Below are positions 13,640 through 27,645 of a stretch of DNA of 64,000 nt, piece by piece. This DNA comes from the human T2T-CHM13v2.0 reference genome, Homo sapiens. Position 1 is the first letter of the stretch. The number at the start of each line of letters is the position of its first letter. The stretch lies in the NCBI RefSeq assembly GCF_009914755.1, contig NC_060928.1. One strand, 5' to 3'. Under the pieces are notes generated by a model. It did no database searches. It saw only the letters and a list, made by a program, of their open reading frames with translations, and had not been told where the DNA came from. The translations under genes and the position numbers were made by a program.

Positions 13640-14100
13640 CAATACAAAAACACCGGGGACTCTGAAGCAGCATTGGTGTTATAAGTTGAGTTTCCTTGAG
13701 CTAGCCCTGAGAAAGGTATGTATAAAATAGTAGAGACAAGTGGAAAAGGAAGGGAAAAAGAACAATCGAGGATGGGCCTCAAATCAGACATAGGGTGAAT
13801 TTGTCCCAGTCTCACAAGAGAGCTCAGACCAATGAAAGCCACATCCCATAGCTTTTGGCCTCAGAGGCAAGGGAGCTGAAGTATCTGTGCTCCCACCCAC
13901 TAGTCTGATTGAAGATTGCGAGCTGGAAGGTTCACATACTCAGACACTGCAGGCTTCAAGTGCAGACAAACACATCTGGCAGCTTGAGCACAGTTTCTTT
14001 AGTAGGAGGCACGGGTGCTGGGAATAAAAGCTGGGAGCACATGAGCCCAAAAATAGTAACGGATCTGGGGCACGTGGGTGAAACTGTGATAGTGCCCACA
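13640..14100 (-). mobile_element. ERVL LTR, LTR33-like
   Basis: cctcagaggcaagggagctgaagtat...aaaatagtaacggatctggggcacgtgggtg resembles the reverse of the LTR33/LTR16 group. Flanked by degraded L2. Confidence 0.5.
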
Positions 14101-15426
14101 AAGCCACAGGCTTGGTACGGGTCTAATTGACTTCAGTTCCATTTATATTTGTGGACAGAACAATACACTGGCCTAGAAACATCTTCTCTTCTACTTGTTT
14201 AGCGTTCACTTTTACTCTAATTTAATTATTCCCCACAATTGGTGAGTGAATAAAAATAGTCATTACTTTAATAGGCCTCCATCATTACCCAAGTGTAATG
14301 TTTGGAACTTTTATTTATTTCATCATATATCTATTAAAATATATTAATTACAAGTGAACTACCTTAACATAGGAGTAGCTACAAATGGAGAGTTTCACAA
14401 TGTCTTGCGGGGAAGTGGTAGGGAAGAAAATTAATTAACCAAGGCAACACCACAACAGATGAGCAAATAGTTTTCTGGGTAACTATTTTCATAAGGATTA
14501 TCTGCACAAGATAGTACTATTTTCTTCCATCTTACCAAGAAGAAATCTAAGTTACAAAATACAATTTAGCAACTATTCTTAAGGTTGCAAAGGTGGTCTG
14601 GCAGCTTTGGCCTGCCTCACCCCACAGCCCATGCCTCTCATCACCTCTCTCATTATTGAAAATCCAGAACCAGGGGCCAATAAAAGGTTTTTGTCTACTC
14701 CTATGCCCATCATCAGATAGTCTGAAACAGGAAGAAAAAACATTGTGCATAATTGGCTTTCAAGTAAAAGACAAAACCTTTAATTATAAAAGAGGTAAAT
14801 TAATTTACCTCTAGGATGTTTTAGGAAAACGTTATTAAACTTAAGGTGCATTTCTAAATACATATGAACTGCATGGACATGAACAGGTTCGACTATTCAC
14901 TAAGAAGATGAAAAGTACCTATGTGTGAGGAAAATTTTGCCTTCACCTTCTTCAGTGCCACACTTAAGTACATCCTTCATATCTGGCTAATATGTAATGG
15001 ATGTAATGAGGATGAATAAGCTTAAATAATAAGTTAACAGAAATCAGTGGAGATCCTTAAGATGGATATTTGCCTTTAGCGACTAAGAATTGGAGAGACA
15101 TAATTTGGCAGTAGAAAGACTATTGTGAAAAGGGTAGTCTTTACGAAACATTTAGCAATTTATGAATGATTCATTATGAGTAAAATAGGCTGATATCTAC
15201 CCAGCCAACTTGTAGTATTGTTATGTGGATCAGAGGGTAGAAAGGATATAAAGAAACTCAAAATTGTAAAGTACATGGCTTCACATACATAAATACATTT
15301 GTGACAGTCCGTATAATCTAGAAATTCCTATTGCAGACCCTCTAATAGGATGCCTTTATAAATTTGCACAGAATATTTGTGTGTGTGTATGCGTGTGTGT
15401 ATTCAAGTTTTCTTCTCTTACTCATA

Positions 15427-15929
15427 GTGCTATGCAGAATAACTGCCACCAAAAACATTATATGTCTTAATTCCCACAACCTGTAAATATCTTACATTGC
15501 AAGCTAGAATTATAGTCATAGATAACTTGAAATGTCATGAATCCATAGTCCTGATGAGGAGATATTACTGGCTTATCTGAGTGGTTTAAATGTAATCACA
15601 AGGATCCTGTAAATGTGTAAGAGGGATACAGAAGAGTGAGTATCACAGTGATGCAATATGTAGAAGACTCAACTGGCTGTTACTGCCTTTGAAGATGGAA
15701 AGTGACCATCAGCCAAGGGATGCAGACAGCCTCTAAAAGCCGGAAAAGCAAGGAAATCAATTCTTTCCTAGAACTCCAAAAGAAAAGCAGCCTTGCCGAC
15801 ACCTTGAATTTAGTCTAGTAAAACCCATTTTGTAACTATGAACTCCAAAACCTTCAAATAATACATTTGTGTTATATAAAACTACCAAGTTTGTGTTATT
15901 TGGAACAGCTGTAGTTGATATCTAATGCA
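15427..15929 (+). mobile_element. MaLR solo LTR, MLT1D-like
   Basis: aatgtaatcacaagg...gcctttgaagatgga...agccaagggatgcagacagcctctaaaagccggaaaagcaaggaaa...gccgacaccttga...ctaatgca. Confidence 0.85.
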
Positions 15930-18618
15930 TATACAGATAAAATTATCCTGCACATCGATTTTGCATTGAAGAATATAACCTTATACTTATGGAAAACAAA
16001 TTTTTGACAATGTGTTACTATGTAAACAGATGGAATATTTTTATAACTATTTCCTTAACCTAGAAGAATAAAGGCAGAAGACTATAACAACTGCAGAGGC
16101 AATGGGAACACTGAACCAAAACATTAATGAATGAGCTAATGTAAGTAGGATTTACTAAGCTCTTAAATATAAGTTTAAGGACATTTTGTTATTATTATTC
16201 TTTTGTGGAGAAGGGAACACTTTTCTGGGAAAAGAACCATATATAGTATTTTATTGCACAGAAAGTACCTACTTTCCTTTTCCGTTAAGGCCCCAGAGAG
16301 AGAAAAATAGCAGTTGTGAAGGAACCACAAAAATACATTTATTCTTTTATTCTTAGTAACTCTAATGGATGCTAAACCCTAGTTACTAGTGAGAAAAGAG
16401 AATTCATTGCATACTGTAACAAAAGAGAAATAGTCAATGTTGAAAGACTACTGTTTTGGTAATTGTCAATCCACTAAAATATTCAACTATGATAAGTTTC
16501 AATGTTACTAACATTGTTCAAAGTTACTAACATAATGCTCAAAAAAATTTAACACTTCCAAGCAGTATGATTTTGTCGCAAATAGAGACATGGAATGGGA
16601 AAGAGAAGAGGAAGGACAGAGAAAGAGGATGAAAGAGACAATGGCTTCTGGCACCACCTGTCAGTATGCTAATAGTTGCTTTTATAGCAGCAGCAGGTTT
16701 AAGTCAAGAAAATCAAGCATTTGGATGGTTCGCCATTGCATCAGCTGTTGTCGTTTTCATTTTATTTTTGCTCATTATCTTTATTAGGTAAAGGCATTGA
16801 AAATCACATTGCTTATTAAAAGCGATTATTGAGTGAGGAGGAAAAATAGATTCTGTAAATATTTTAGAGATCAATAAATGACAAAGATAAAAAGAAAAAT
16901 GCTAAAGTAATGACATATTTTTGGTATATTTTGGAATTAAAATTTTGGAAATAAGAGATTTTGAATATGGGAGAGTTCACGTATAGAATTGGGATTGTTA
17001 TAAAAATTGACTTCCCCTTTTTTGTCTATCTAATATGAATTATGCTTAAAACATTATCAAACTCAATTTTTATGGCATGGTAGTAGCTCACCTATTCTCT
17101 ATATTTTCTTTTCTTCCATAATACAACCTTTATACTCTAGCTGGGATGGATCAGTAAATGCTTCATGTTGGGGCTGTCTCTGTGCCTATGTGAAACTTCC
17201 TTCTCCAAAACCATCCTGATTTCAAACCTAGGCTTCCGTTAAGAACATATTTTAAAATTACTGCTTATGTGAAATTGTGTTGACATGAAAGACCAGTAGG
17301 TATTAGATAAAGAGTTGTGGAGGAAAGAGAAAGATAGCTAGACACTGAAACATACACAGAGACTGAATGTGAAAGCGAGAAGGGAGTGCTCAGGTCAAGT
17401 GGTTGAATGATATAGTGTGTTTTAAAGTTGGCAATAAAATCAAATAAATTAAAGGAAAAATACATGACCTTTACCAAACTTCTGCTTCCTTACATGTAAA
17501 TCTTCTCATAGTATGTTTTAAAAATAGACATCAGTGTATGTATAAGTTTGAAAGGTATTCTTAATTATCTCATTACATCTACATACCAGGAAAGTGGAAT
17601 TCTTTATCTTCATAATCCCATTTTTAACATTTGTTATTACTGAACACAAACTATTATTGTAATTTTGTTTTCAATAATCTCTGAAACATAAATGTATGCC
17701 AATATCTTTGATAAGAATAGCTGTTCTAAATTATAAGCATCTTGTCGCAATGATGTATAGTAGATACTTAAAATGTAGTCACTAAATGAATGAATGATAG
17801 GTTGAAAGAATGAAAGTCTAAATATTCCTCTCTTTGGATATTGTTACATTTCCTTAATTAGCAAAGGAGAAGAACTAGGTAGACCAGACTTCATATGGTC
17901 AGAATTATAGGATAGATCATGAGCACTCACAGCAATTTCTTGTGGCATATAGGGATGTACACCACCTAGACTTAAGGATACTCGTAATATAACTTGAAAT
18001 ATACAAATAATTCAGCCTCTGTAGCTCTAATCAGGCTCTAATCCTGAAAAGGTGATCAAATCATGTGTTACCAGAGTGTGTACTTCTTTATGGAAGGTAG
18101 TCAAAAATGTATGTATATTTTAATTTTATTTTCCTATACTTTTTATATGAACTTATTTATACCAGGAAATTCAATATCTTTCCAAACTTTCAAACACAAT
18201 GAAATGAATTTTATAAAATGAAAACAATAGTGTTATGCCGTACATTTTTAAGCAGACATGGCAATCCTGTCTGCAATGTTCTGATTTAGGCACCTGAGGT
18301 AGCTAAAAAGGTTAGTTAATAAATTGCCACACATTGCCTGGCCAGTTCTAAATAAATAAATTCAAAAATAAAAAAATATATAGTGGTAAATAAATAAAAT
18401 AGTCACTTAGGTGTATAAACTAATGAACTACACATTTGCCAACATTTTTTCCTATACTTTGCAGACACAATGGGGACCTATTCATCTAATGTACTCTGAC
18501 AGTATTTTACTATAGATTGTCTGACTACTCAGGCACCGAGAAATAAGGCCAAATGAATGATGCTTTTGCTGTTACTCAAAAACAACATTTGCAGTGCTAT
18601 TTCCATGTAGTTATTCAC

Positions 18619-18730
18619 GTGTGTACACACACACATATGTATATACACACAAATATACACACATATAAGCATATATATTCACATATATATTATACACACA
18701 CATATATATATTTATATATATATATATATG
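18619..18730. repeat. Mixed (CA)/(TA) low-complexity tract
   Basis: Alternating purine-pyrimidine repeats read directly. Confidence 0.85.
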
Positions 18731-21123
18731 CCCACACAAAAGAAAGATAAATAGCAGATAAAGTCTTCATATAGGTAATGGCTCCATCCATTCACTGTAA
18801 GTCTGCTAGCAATTAACCTCTCAGGGAGCACAATAGAGATGCTTAAAAGATGTAATTGCACACATAGTGTTGCATTACACTATACTCTAAAAAAATACTT
18901 TACATTTTGGTGACATTGCCATGATGCTTCTTTTAAAAAACTATGCAATTTTATCTCTTGTAAGCAACTAGTGTCCTATTTCCTATAAGCAACCAGTGTG
19001 CTATCCTGAGGCTAAAATGTGAAGCTTCAATTTCTAAAAATGCAGCTAGGCAAGCTATAGTTCTCCAAAATAGGGATTATAATAACTCCTTGACCTAATG
19101 GGAAAAAATACTACCAAGTAAATGATTATAACAGCTAGACTTTTACACTTTCTGCTTCCTGTAGTTTCTCAGACTGTAGCATCTCTTAGATACCAACAGA
19201 TGAGAAAAAAATTCCAGCTATCCAGTGGGCTTTTTTAAACAAAACCCTGAATGAGAGCCTCCAATCTACCTCATGGTATTCTTTCTTTCCCTGGCTTAAG
19301 GGTTCCTCAAATCTCACTTGTAAGTCCACCAAATGATATGCTTTTCTTTTGTCATTATTATTATTTTTTAATTTCTGTCCTTTTTTTGGTTTTGCCATTA
19401 TTTTTTGTCTAAGGTTGGCGGATCACCGTATTATTATTTAATGAGGGTCTACTGTCACAAACCAACTTAATTCTTATTTCTTGCAGCAAATTTCCTGGTG
19501 GTTATGATTTCTATTGTAACTATGAAAAAAAGGTCTTTGGAACATTAAATAACTGGTTAAGTTTGCACATTTCATAAGCCACAGACTTAAGATTCAAACC
19601 TAAGCCAATGACATTCTAAAATCAAGCTAGACATATGGGCTCTGGGTTTCTCTCCTCTGTTTTGAAGCTTTGGAGTGCCTTCTTTGAAGGATGTCTCTTT
19701 CTGGGACTTGGAGCATGCCATAGTCAACGGTGCAATCATGTATGGATACCAGTCCTGTTTCTTTTCCGTAGGGTACTTTTAAATCATTTCCTTCCTTTGT
19801 CCCACTCACCTTTATTTAGGGCTGTCCATATACCTTGAAGAGCTTTAACAGTCACAACAATGGAGTTCTCATTCCAGCAGCATGGCCTGAAAAGCGTATA
19901 TCTCTCATTATGTATGTTATTTCTTTCACAGGATCACTTGAAATTGGAATACCAGGATGGTGCTGACATTCTGATTTGAAGTCATGTTCAGTCATTTTAG
20001 ACATAGGATGAGGACAGTTCTCTAATCTGTAGTGCATCAGTCACCTTGGACTTAAGTGAGGCTCTTTCCTCTTGCCCATCTGTGTTCTGTCATTGGTGAA
20101 CCTCCAGTCTACAGGGCTTACACCAACGGTCTTGAAAACAGACAGCATCTTTGATCCTGTGGGCCTCCACCACTGGCATGCAAGACAGTCAGCTTACCAA
20201 ATTTGCAGGCTCTGTGCCATATGTCAGGTAGCCTCTGAAAGAACTCATTCCTATCACTTCTATGGCTTTGCTCCTCGACGCCTATGGATCCTTATTATCG
20301 ATGTTCTCTCTTGACTTTGATCCATGTGAGGATTTCATGATTTTCTTGGTTGGTATTGAGACAAGCCAGATAAGGGAAGGATATTCTTTGTACAAATGGA
20401 AGTATTGTGAGGAAGGCAGGGAAATGGTCAATATCAAAAGAGATCACTTTCTAGAACGCAATGTTTAGTGCCTAAAGAATTCAAAAGGTGAAATGGAACA
20501 TGTGTTGTTCTGTATTTATAATAAGATATTCTGGCTGGTTAATTTAACATCCCCAGGAAAAATAAATTATTGTTCACATTTTTCCTTATACTCTAGGCAA
20601 GGTTTGCATTTGTGTTCTCCACCAGTGATGTACAATGACAACCCTTGAAAGAGTCACTGCAAACAAGTAGTCATGATGGTCCAATGGATCTTGATGCATC
20701 ATCATATGAGTAATGATACAACCAGCAAGAAATAAACTACAGAGATAAGAAAATCTATTTCATTTCAATAAAAGCTAGTTCCAAAGATCCACCTACTTGT
20801 GATTAATAGTGCTGCCATCTTTTCTTAAAGTGGGAGACATGAAATTAGCCAGGAATTGTGAAAATGACAGTAACAAATAGAAAGAATTGATTCCTGGGCC
20901 CAGGAGCAGAAAGAGTTGGCTACAGAGGCACTTTCACTGATTGGAATTTAAAAAAAAAATCTCCTTTCTACCCATTATTCAACATCCTCATTGGCAAATC
21001 CCTATAATTCACATAGATTCATGAATTTTAAATATGGTTTTTCTTCAAATCGTTTGTATAGACTGAGGCCCCACAAAAGTATTTGCCCAAGGTCTTGCAT
21101 GCCCTACTGGTGGCTTTGTCCCA

Positions 21124-21419
<296 letters not shown>

Positions 21420-24400
21420 TAGACCCCTCTGTCTTACAGCTCAGTCATTTGCCCCTCCCTTGGTGCTACTTCTAACTTGAAGCTACTCACTATTCTATAC
21501 ACAAATCAATGTCGTGGAAATGGCAACATAATTGTAAACCTCATTTATTTCACCAAATATTCTATATGTCACACAATACTCAGGCTTTTTAAGTCATTAA
21601 TATTTTAAAGATACTTTAATTATCAGATTCCTTTTAATATTCTTACCAACTCTCCATTTCATGTCTGGAAGCTGGTTCAGAAATAACCTAAGCAATACAT
21701 GTGTTGTTTTGTGGTTTCCTAGAAAGCGTTATAGAGACATGAAAGGCCCAAGACTTTGTGTCTTATAAAGTCACACTTTCTTCCACCTGAGTTCTGAATC
21801 AATGAAGAGATAAAGTAAGAGAGGACAGATGGAGATAAGTATATTGTCTTTATTACTGGTAACTACCAAATCAAGCGTTACTAATTCTAACCTTAGAGTC
21901 AGGAAGAATTATTGATCCAGTCTCAGGGAGACAATTCTAGACAGTCTTCCAACATGGCAGAATGCCTTGGAAAACATGACATAGAGCATCTGCTTTCTAA
22001 AATAAAAGTGTCTACATAACAGAAAAAGTGCAAGGCTGAACTGAAGGTGCACAGCTCCCTAACTAACTGAAATCACCTATCAGGAATTTTATATTTTCCC
22101 TTGAGGAAGGCCAATGAGACTCCCTAGGGTCAAGAGGATTATTACCTAATGTCTTTTTGAGTGGTTTCAGAATTTCTATTCATAGAATATTAAAATATTT
22201 TGATAGAAACACTAGTAACAAAACTGGGGTGTATTTAAAGGTTGACATAGTATACACAGCTCTCTTTATCACAGCAAGAGGCTAAAATGATTCAACAAGT
22301 TTTTGAGGTTCCCCTGTGTGTCATAACTGTCACGTCTGAAAGAATAACATCTTCCCCAAAGACATCAACGGAGTTGTGAAATTAGATAATATATGCTAAA
22401 TAACTTTCTAAAATTAACGTGAGAAGAATTTTAATGTGATAACAGGAGCTGTCAGTCAGAACAGTCTGATAAAAAAGGAAAAGAAAATATTACTTGCTTC
22501 AATTCTCATATTCCAAATGAAGGTGTGGTGATAAAATAAGCAGTAAAATGGATCAGAAAATAACCCCACGCCCCTCAAAAAAAAAAAAGAAGAGCAAGAG
22601 AAAGAAAGAAAAGAGCTTAAATTGTAGTTACCAGCTGCCATTCAAAAAGTCCTCCCTCGTTCACTGACGTGGCTAGCATAATTCTACAAATCCTACATCA
22701 AAACTAGTGTTTTTAGTTCATGGAGCTCCATGAATAAGTAATCAATGACATTATAGCAGAAAACTTGGAAATGTATCTGTGGCTGGTACCATACAATTAA
22801 ATCCCTCAAATAGCCCTAAAATATAGGTATGAAATATTTCTGCTGTGATTAAATTTGCAAAGAGGCAAGAAAAAGATCAGTCAAAATTATGCCTTTCTCT
22901 GAACCTACATGCACCTTCTATCACCATCATGCTAGTGAAAAGAATCATCAAGATTGCATTGTGGTTCAACAAAGAATAATTACCTAGAAAATACCTTAAA
23001 TGGTTTTGTTCCCCTGAAAATGCTTTTCTTTCTAGACAAGGTATTTTTTTTATCACAGATTGAGAATTTTAATGATTGTCTTCGTAAGCTTTACAATCCT
23101 AATAGTACCATTGGAATAAATCACTGTACATCTGGGTATGATCTGTTGATTCTTTTCTAATAATCCTAAATCTCATATTCAAATGGTAGTATTATGGGAT
23201 AGTAAGTCAAAAAGAATACACAGCACCATGCTTTCATCAAATGCGAGGCAACATGACTGAGCATGAATTATTGATAATGAGGTTGTCCTTCAATTTTTAC
23301 CAGTTCTACTTACATGGAATGAAAAACATAAGACAATTTATCATAGGTAAGGAAAGAAACACAACAGCTGAAAATTCCTACATTAAAAAAAATTAAAATA
23401 TATAATCAATTAGAGGAAATTGCTGTCTAAATTATCATAATATCACTTTAATGATGAAGAGTTTACTTAGCTAAAATCTCTAACAGAAGGTATATGTGGA
23501 CAGATTGTAAAAATGACCCTTTTATTTTAAGGAAGCCATTCTGAGGAAAGAAGATTAATATCATTTCTTGTGATATAGATTGTTTATATTTTCCATACCT
23601 GGTCACTTAATTGATATTAAAAAAATTCCAAACTCTATTCATTAGACAATTATTTTTACAGTGAAATGTAAATTAGGACACATTAATGTTATCACAAGAT
23701 ATTGCATGTGAAACTTCCAGTTGCATTTTTGTAACTCTTCAATCATGTACATATATGTGAGATTTCTTTGAGAGAACAAATGTGGGATAAGAAAAACTAT
23801 TGTACTTTTGATAAATCTAGAACTTAGGTTCTAGATATCAAATATAATAAACTCAAACAGAATTAGAAAATTCTCAAGAGACATAGCCAATCTTTTGGTT
23901 TTTTTATAGTGCTGACTGAAACAAATATTATTAAGTTAACATTATGTAGGTATAATCTACTATTAGACATTTGGAAAATTGTACTGTATTATAGAGGGCT
24001 TTAAGTACATTAAAAATATGTGGAAAGACGATTGTTTTGAGTTTTTGTTATTTCATCATTCTTAGGCTTAGATCACAAGCCTAATTTTACTACAAAGAAT
24101 TAGAGTTGATTTATAAAAAGAAAAATATAGAGTCTCCCCATTTGTTTTCCCAGTTAACTTATGAAAGATCTCACTAACAAGGAGCCTACATATAGCCATT
24201 TTAACTCATGTATCTCCCACCCTTGTATCTCTATCCCTATTTCTAAGCAGCAATAGCAGCTTTAAAAAGATAAAGAAAGAGAAAGGGAATTACGACATCT
24301 TATCTTACTTTCTTTCTCATTCTTGTCCTTATGAGAAAAAGAAGAGTAGGTTGGTTAGAAAACTAACAAGTCATTTGGATTGTTTCCAAGTTTACCAGTG

Positions 24401-24542
24401 AAGTTACAATCTAAGTGTAAGGAAACTGGACCATCTCCTTCCATCCCCACCCTCTGACTTACATCTGGCTCTTCCCATGGCCTGCTCTCCTGGCTTCAGC
24501 TTACTGTCTGTACTTTACCAAAACTCTTTGCTAAGAATGATA

Positions 24543-24545
24543 TTT

Positions 24546-24589
<44 letters not shown>

Positions 24590-25203
24590 TCCTTCTTTCT
24601 TTCTTTCTTTCTCTCTCTTTCTTCTTTCTTCTTTCTTGTCTTTTTTCTTTCTCCTTTTTTTTCTTTCCTTCCTTTTCTCTTTTCTTATCTTTTTCTTTCT
24701 TTTCTTCTTTTTTTTCTTTCTTTCTTCCCTTCCTTCTTGTTTGGTTGCTTTTTTCCTTCCTTCCTTCCTCCCTCCCTCCCTCCATCCCTCCCTCCTTCCT
24801 TCTTTTTTCCTTCCTTCCTTCCTTTTTCCTTCCTTCCTTCCATTTCCTTCCTTCCTCCCTCCCTTCCTTCCTTCCTCCTTTCTTTCTTTCATTCTTTCTT
24901 TCTTTATCATTCTCTTTCTTTCTTTTTTCTTTTTCTTTCCTTCCTTTTTTCTTTTCTTATCTTTATTTTTCTTCCTTTCTTTTCTTCTTTCTCTTTCTTT
25001 TCTTCTTTCTTTTTCTTTCTTTCTTTCCTTCCTTCTTTCTTGGTTGCTTTTTTCTTTTCTTCCTTCCTTCCTTACTTCATTCCTTCCTTCCTCCCTCCTT
25101 CCTTTTTCCTCCCTTCCTTCCTTTTCTTTCCTTCCTTCCTTCCTTCCTTCTTTCTTTCTTTCCTTCTTTCTTCTTTCTTTCTTTCTTTCTCTTTTTTCTT
25201 TCT
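24543..25203. repeat. ~660-bp polypyrimidine/polypurine tract, (CTTT)n/(CCTT)n
   Basis: Almost only C and T on the + strand. It generates the F/L/S/P-rich and K/E/R-rich ORFs in the track. Confidence 0.97.
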
Positions 25204-25277
25204 AGTTGAGATACAGGAAAATATTCAAAAAATGTGGGTTTTTTTTCTCGTCTTTAGCCAACATATAATCTGCTTTC

Positions 25278-25715
25278 TGTCAAAAAAATTGTACTTGACA
25301 TATTAAATGGTAAGAGAGACTGTATTCATGATTATTACAATGGGGGTAAGTGTAAACTCCACTTCAATGAAAAAAAGGTGGGCGAGTTTTTAAGTGTCAG
25401 CATGAGCTAGCACTTAAAGTACTGGAAGACATTCAAGGAGTGCTGTTGGTCAATAAGGGCATTGCCTTTGTTGATGATTATGTTTCAAAGGGGTCCCTTC
25501 TAGGTCTTTAAGAAAAATATTTCTGGATAGGAAAAATAGCAAGAGTCTGGCAGAAGATTTACATCTCAAAGGAGCAGAGAAATAAATTACTACTGCAATT
25601 TTTCCAAAGTAAATATCCTAATCCAAAGGAGATCAAGGACGTCTATTGTCAGGAAACAAAACCTGTCTAGTGTTTAGTGAAACTGAGGGAGTAAGAGAGG
25701 CACTTTCCGCAACCA
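25278..25715 (-). mobile_element. ERV1 (MER4-group) solo LTR, MER89/MER90-like
   Basis: gagtttttaagtgtcagcatgagctag...gtactggaagac...gaagatttacatctcaaaggagcagagaa...cctgtctagtgtttagtgaaactgaggga recalls this LTR group. Subfamily uncertain. Confidence 0.65.
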
Positions 25716-26295
25716 TCTAGGACCATGAGATAAGAACCAATCTGAGGAGACTTGAAAATGAGAGACAGTAAATAGAACCTAGGTCTATTATTTGAATATT
25801 TATCTATCAATATCTGAAGGCATTCTTTTATGGGCTTTTTATTAGTGTGAAGCAACAAACCCCATTTTACTTTTGGACTTGCATTTTCTGTTCGATAAAA
25901 ACAAAAGAAACACTCTCACGTGTGATGCTGAGATACTGTGTTAGGTCTCCATCAAATTGCAACTCCACTGCTTCTAAGAAAACGAAAAAAGAGAGACTTG
26001 AAAACATTCACCTTATTTCTTGTCTCCCAATCACAGGGGAAATCAACAATATGTAAAAACAGGACAGTTTATGTTAGATCAAAATATATGAAAAAGAGTA
26101 TTTCTTTTCTTTTTTTAATAGGTGGATATAACCTTAAAATATGTATTCTGAATGCAATGGAAATAGTGTTTTACATGCCTAGACAAAGCTGTGTCAATTG
26201 CCCTCTGTAGATTCAAGATCGTGCTCAGAAGCTTACTGTTGGATAGGAAACCAGTCCATGAAAATGCATTACCAAACTACAATACCAGCTACAAA

Positions 26296-26346
26296 ACACA
26301 CACACACACACACACACACACCACCACCACCACCACCACCATCACC
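26296..26346. repeat. Compound microsatellite (AC)n-(ACC)n
   Basis: An AC run passes directly into a CAC triplet run. Confidence 0.95.
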
Positions 26347-26914
26347 TATTGGTTATACTCAAATCAAGTAAGAATTCGTATTCTAAAGGTTTCCTTTATA
26401 ATAAATACTTCTCTCATAAATAGAACCATTATCAGCATTTGTTAACTGTTGTCTAAAATTAACTTCTAGGTCTGTTCTGGGGTGGACTTTTTCTGGTTAC
26501 ACATGTATATCACTTAATACAGAGTCTAATATGCCTTTAGTGCACAGAAAATATATTTAAAATGTATGAATAAATTTACTGTGTGATCAGAGGAAAATAA
26601 GATTTCATTGATTACAGTGCAAAATAAATCTGAGTGTGAACAATGCAACTCTCAATGGCACCAAAGGGAGAAACTTCTTATGTTGTAGGTGAATAACACA
26701 CAGAGGTTTAGGGCATGTTTTTAATTTGGGAAATGGTGAAAGGTAAATTAGGGAAGTGTAACTCAACAGAGGAAGAAAAGGGATTCTCTGAAAGAAATAT
26801 GAGCAATAGTACAATCAAATCAAACTGCTATTAAAGAGTAATGCAGGAAAGGATATTTTAGTTGTTATTGGATCTAATTGGTAACTGATCATTTTTATTG
26901 CTATATGAACTTCA

Positions 26915-27420
26915 TATGAATTCAGTTATGTAATTAGTGCCTGCTGTATGCCAAATTCTAGACATGAGGACACAATAATATGCATAATACACTGAAGTAT
27001 TTGTATTCCTGTAATTACATCCGAGTGAAAGTATATAGAAACAAGCAAATACATAAGTTTATGTCAAGCAATGATAAGTGATATTCAGATAAATAAGACA
27101 AGATGAGATGATAAAGAATGGGGATGATACTTTATTTTGGATTAGGTGTTCAGCAAAGATTTCAAAGAAGCTAAATATGAACAGAAATACAAATGTACAA
27201 GGGAGTTTGAAGTATGCATATCTAAGGAAAGAAATTCAGGCTGATGCTGCTTTAGTTGTGGTTTTAGAAACGAAAAATACGTAAGAGATCCAGCCTGAGA
27301 GAGTAACAAGTGGGAGAGATATTTGCATAACCACAAGAAGGCTGCAGTGACCCTGGCTGACTGAGCAAGGGAAAGAGTGACAGAAAAATCAAGTTGGAAT
27401 GGGCTTGAAGGCCCTGGTCA
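26915..27420 (-). mobile_element. L2 LINE 3' portion
   Basis: agtgcctgctgtatgcca...aatgataagtgata...ggtgttcagcaaag...ggctgactgagcaaggg matches reverse L2. Confidence 0.7.
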
Positions 27421-27499
27421 CATAGTGCCCTCATTTTCTTCTGTATTGCTCACTCATTCCTCCTCTAGTCACCTAGGCCTTATCCTGTTGTTCAGCTGG

Positions 27500-27645
27500 T
27501 GATTATTATCATTAGGTGGAAAGCTGTGCAATGATTATTACGGTTAGGTGGAAGGCTGCCAAATATCTTTGAGTACAAACTCTGCTGGGTGATTGACAGG
27601 CAATGTGAAGGCTTCTGTCAATTGTGATCTCATCTGACAGCAGAA
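27500..27645. promoter_or_regulatory. Candidate enhancer: PBX-MEIS/PREP decamer plus MEIS sites
   Basis: TGATTGACAG at 27590-27599, CTGTCA at 27615-27620 and TGACAG at 27635-27640, in apparently non-repeat DNA. Motif evidence only. Confidence 0.3.

Noticed and set aside
19620-20400. Higher-complexity block with several short ORFs and a ttctttcacag acceptor, a possible exon or processed pseudogene
   Set aside because: There is no recognisable protein similarity, poly(A) or TSD, and the ORFs are at chance length.
24477-25306. Longest ORFs in the track (242, 189, 154 and 131 aa)
   Set aside because: They are translations of the C/T tract, which cannot contain stop codons. Overlapping frames and low complexity show they are not genes.
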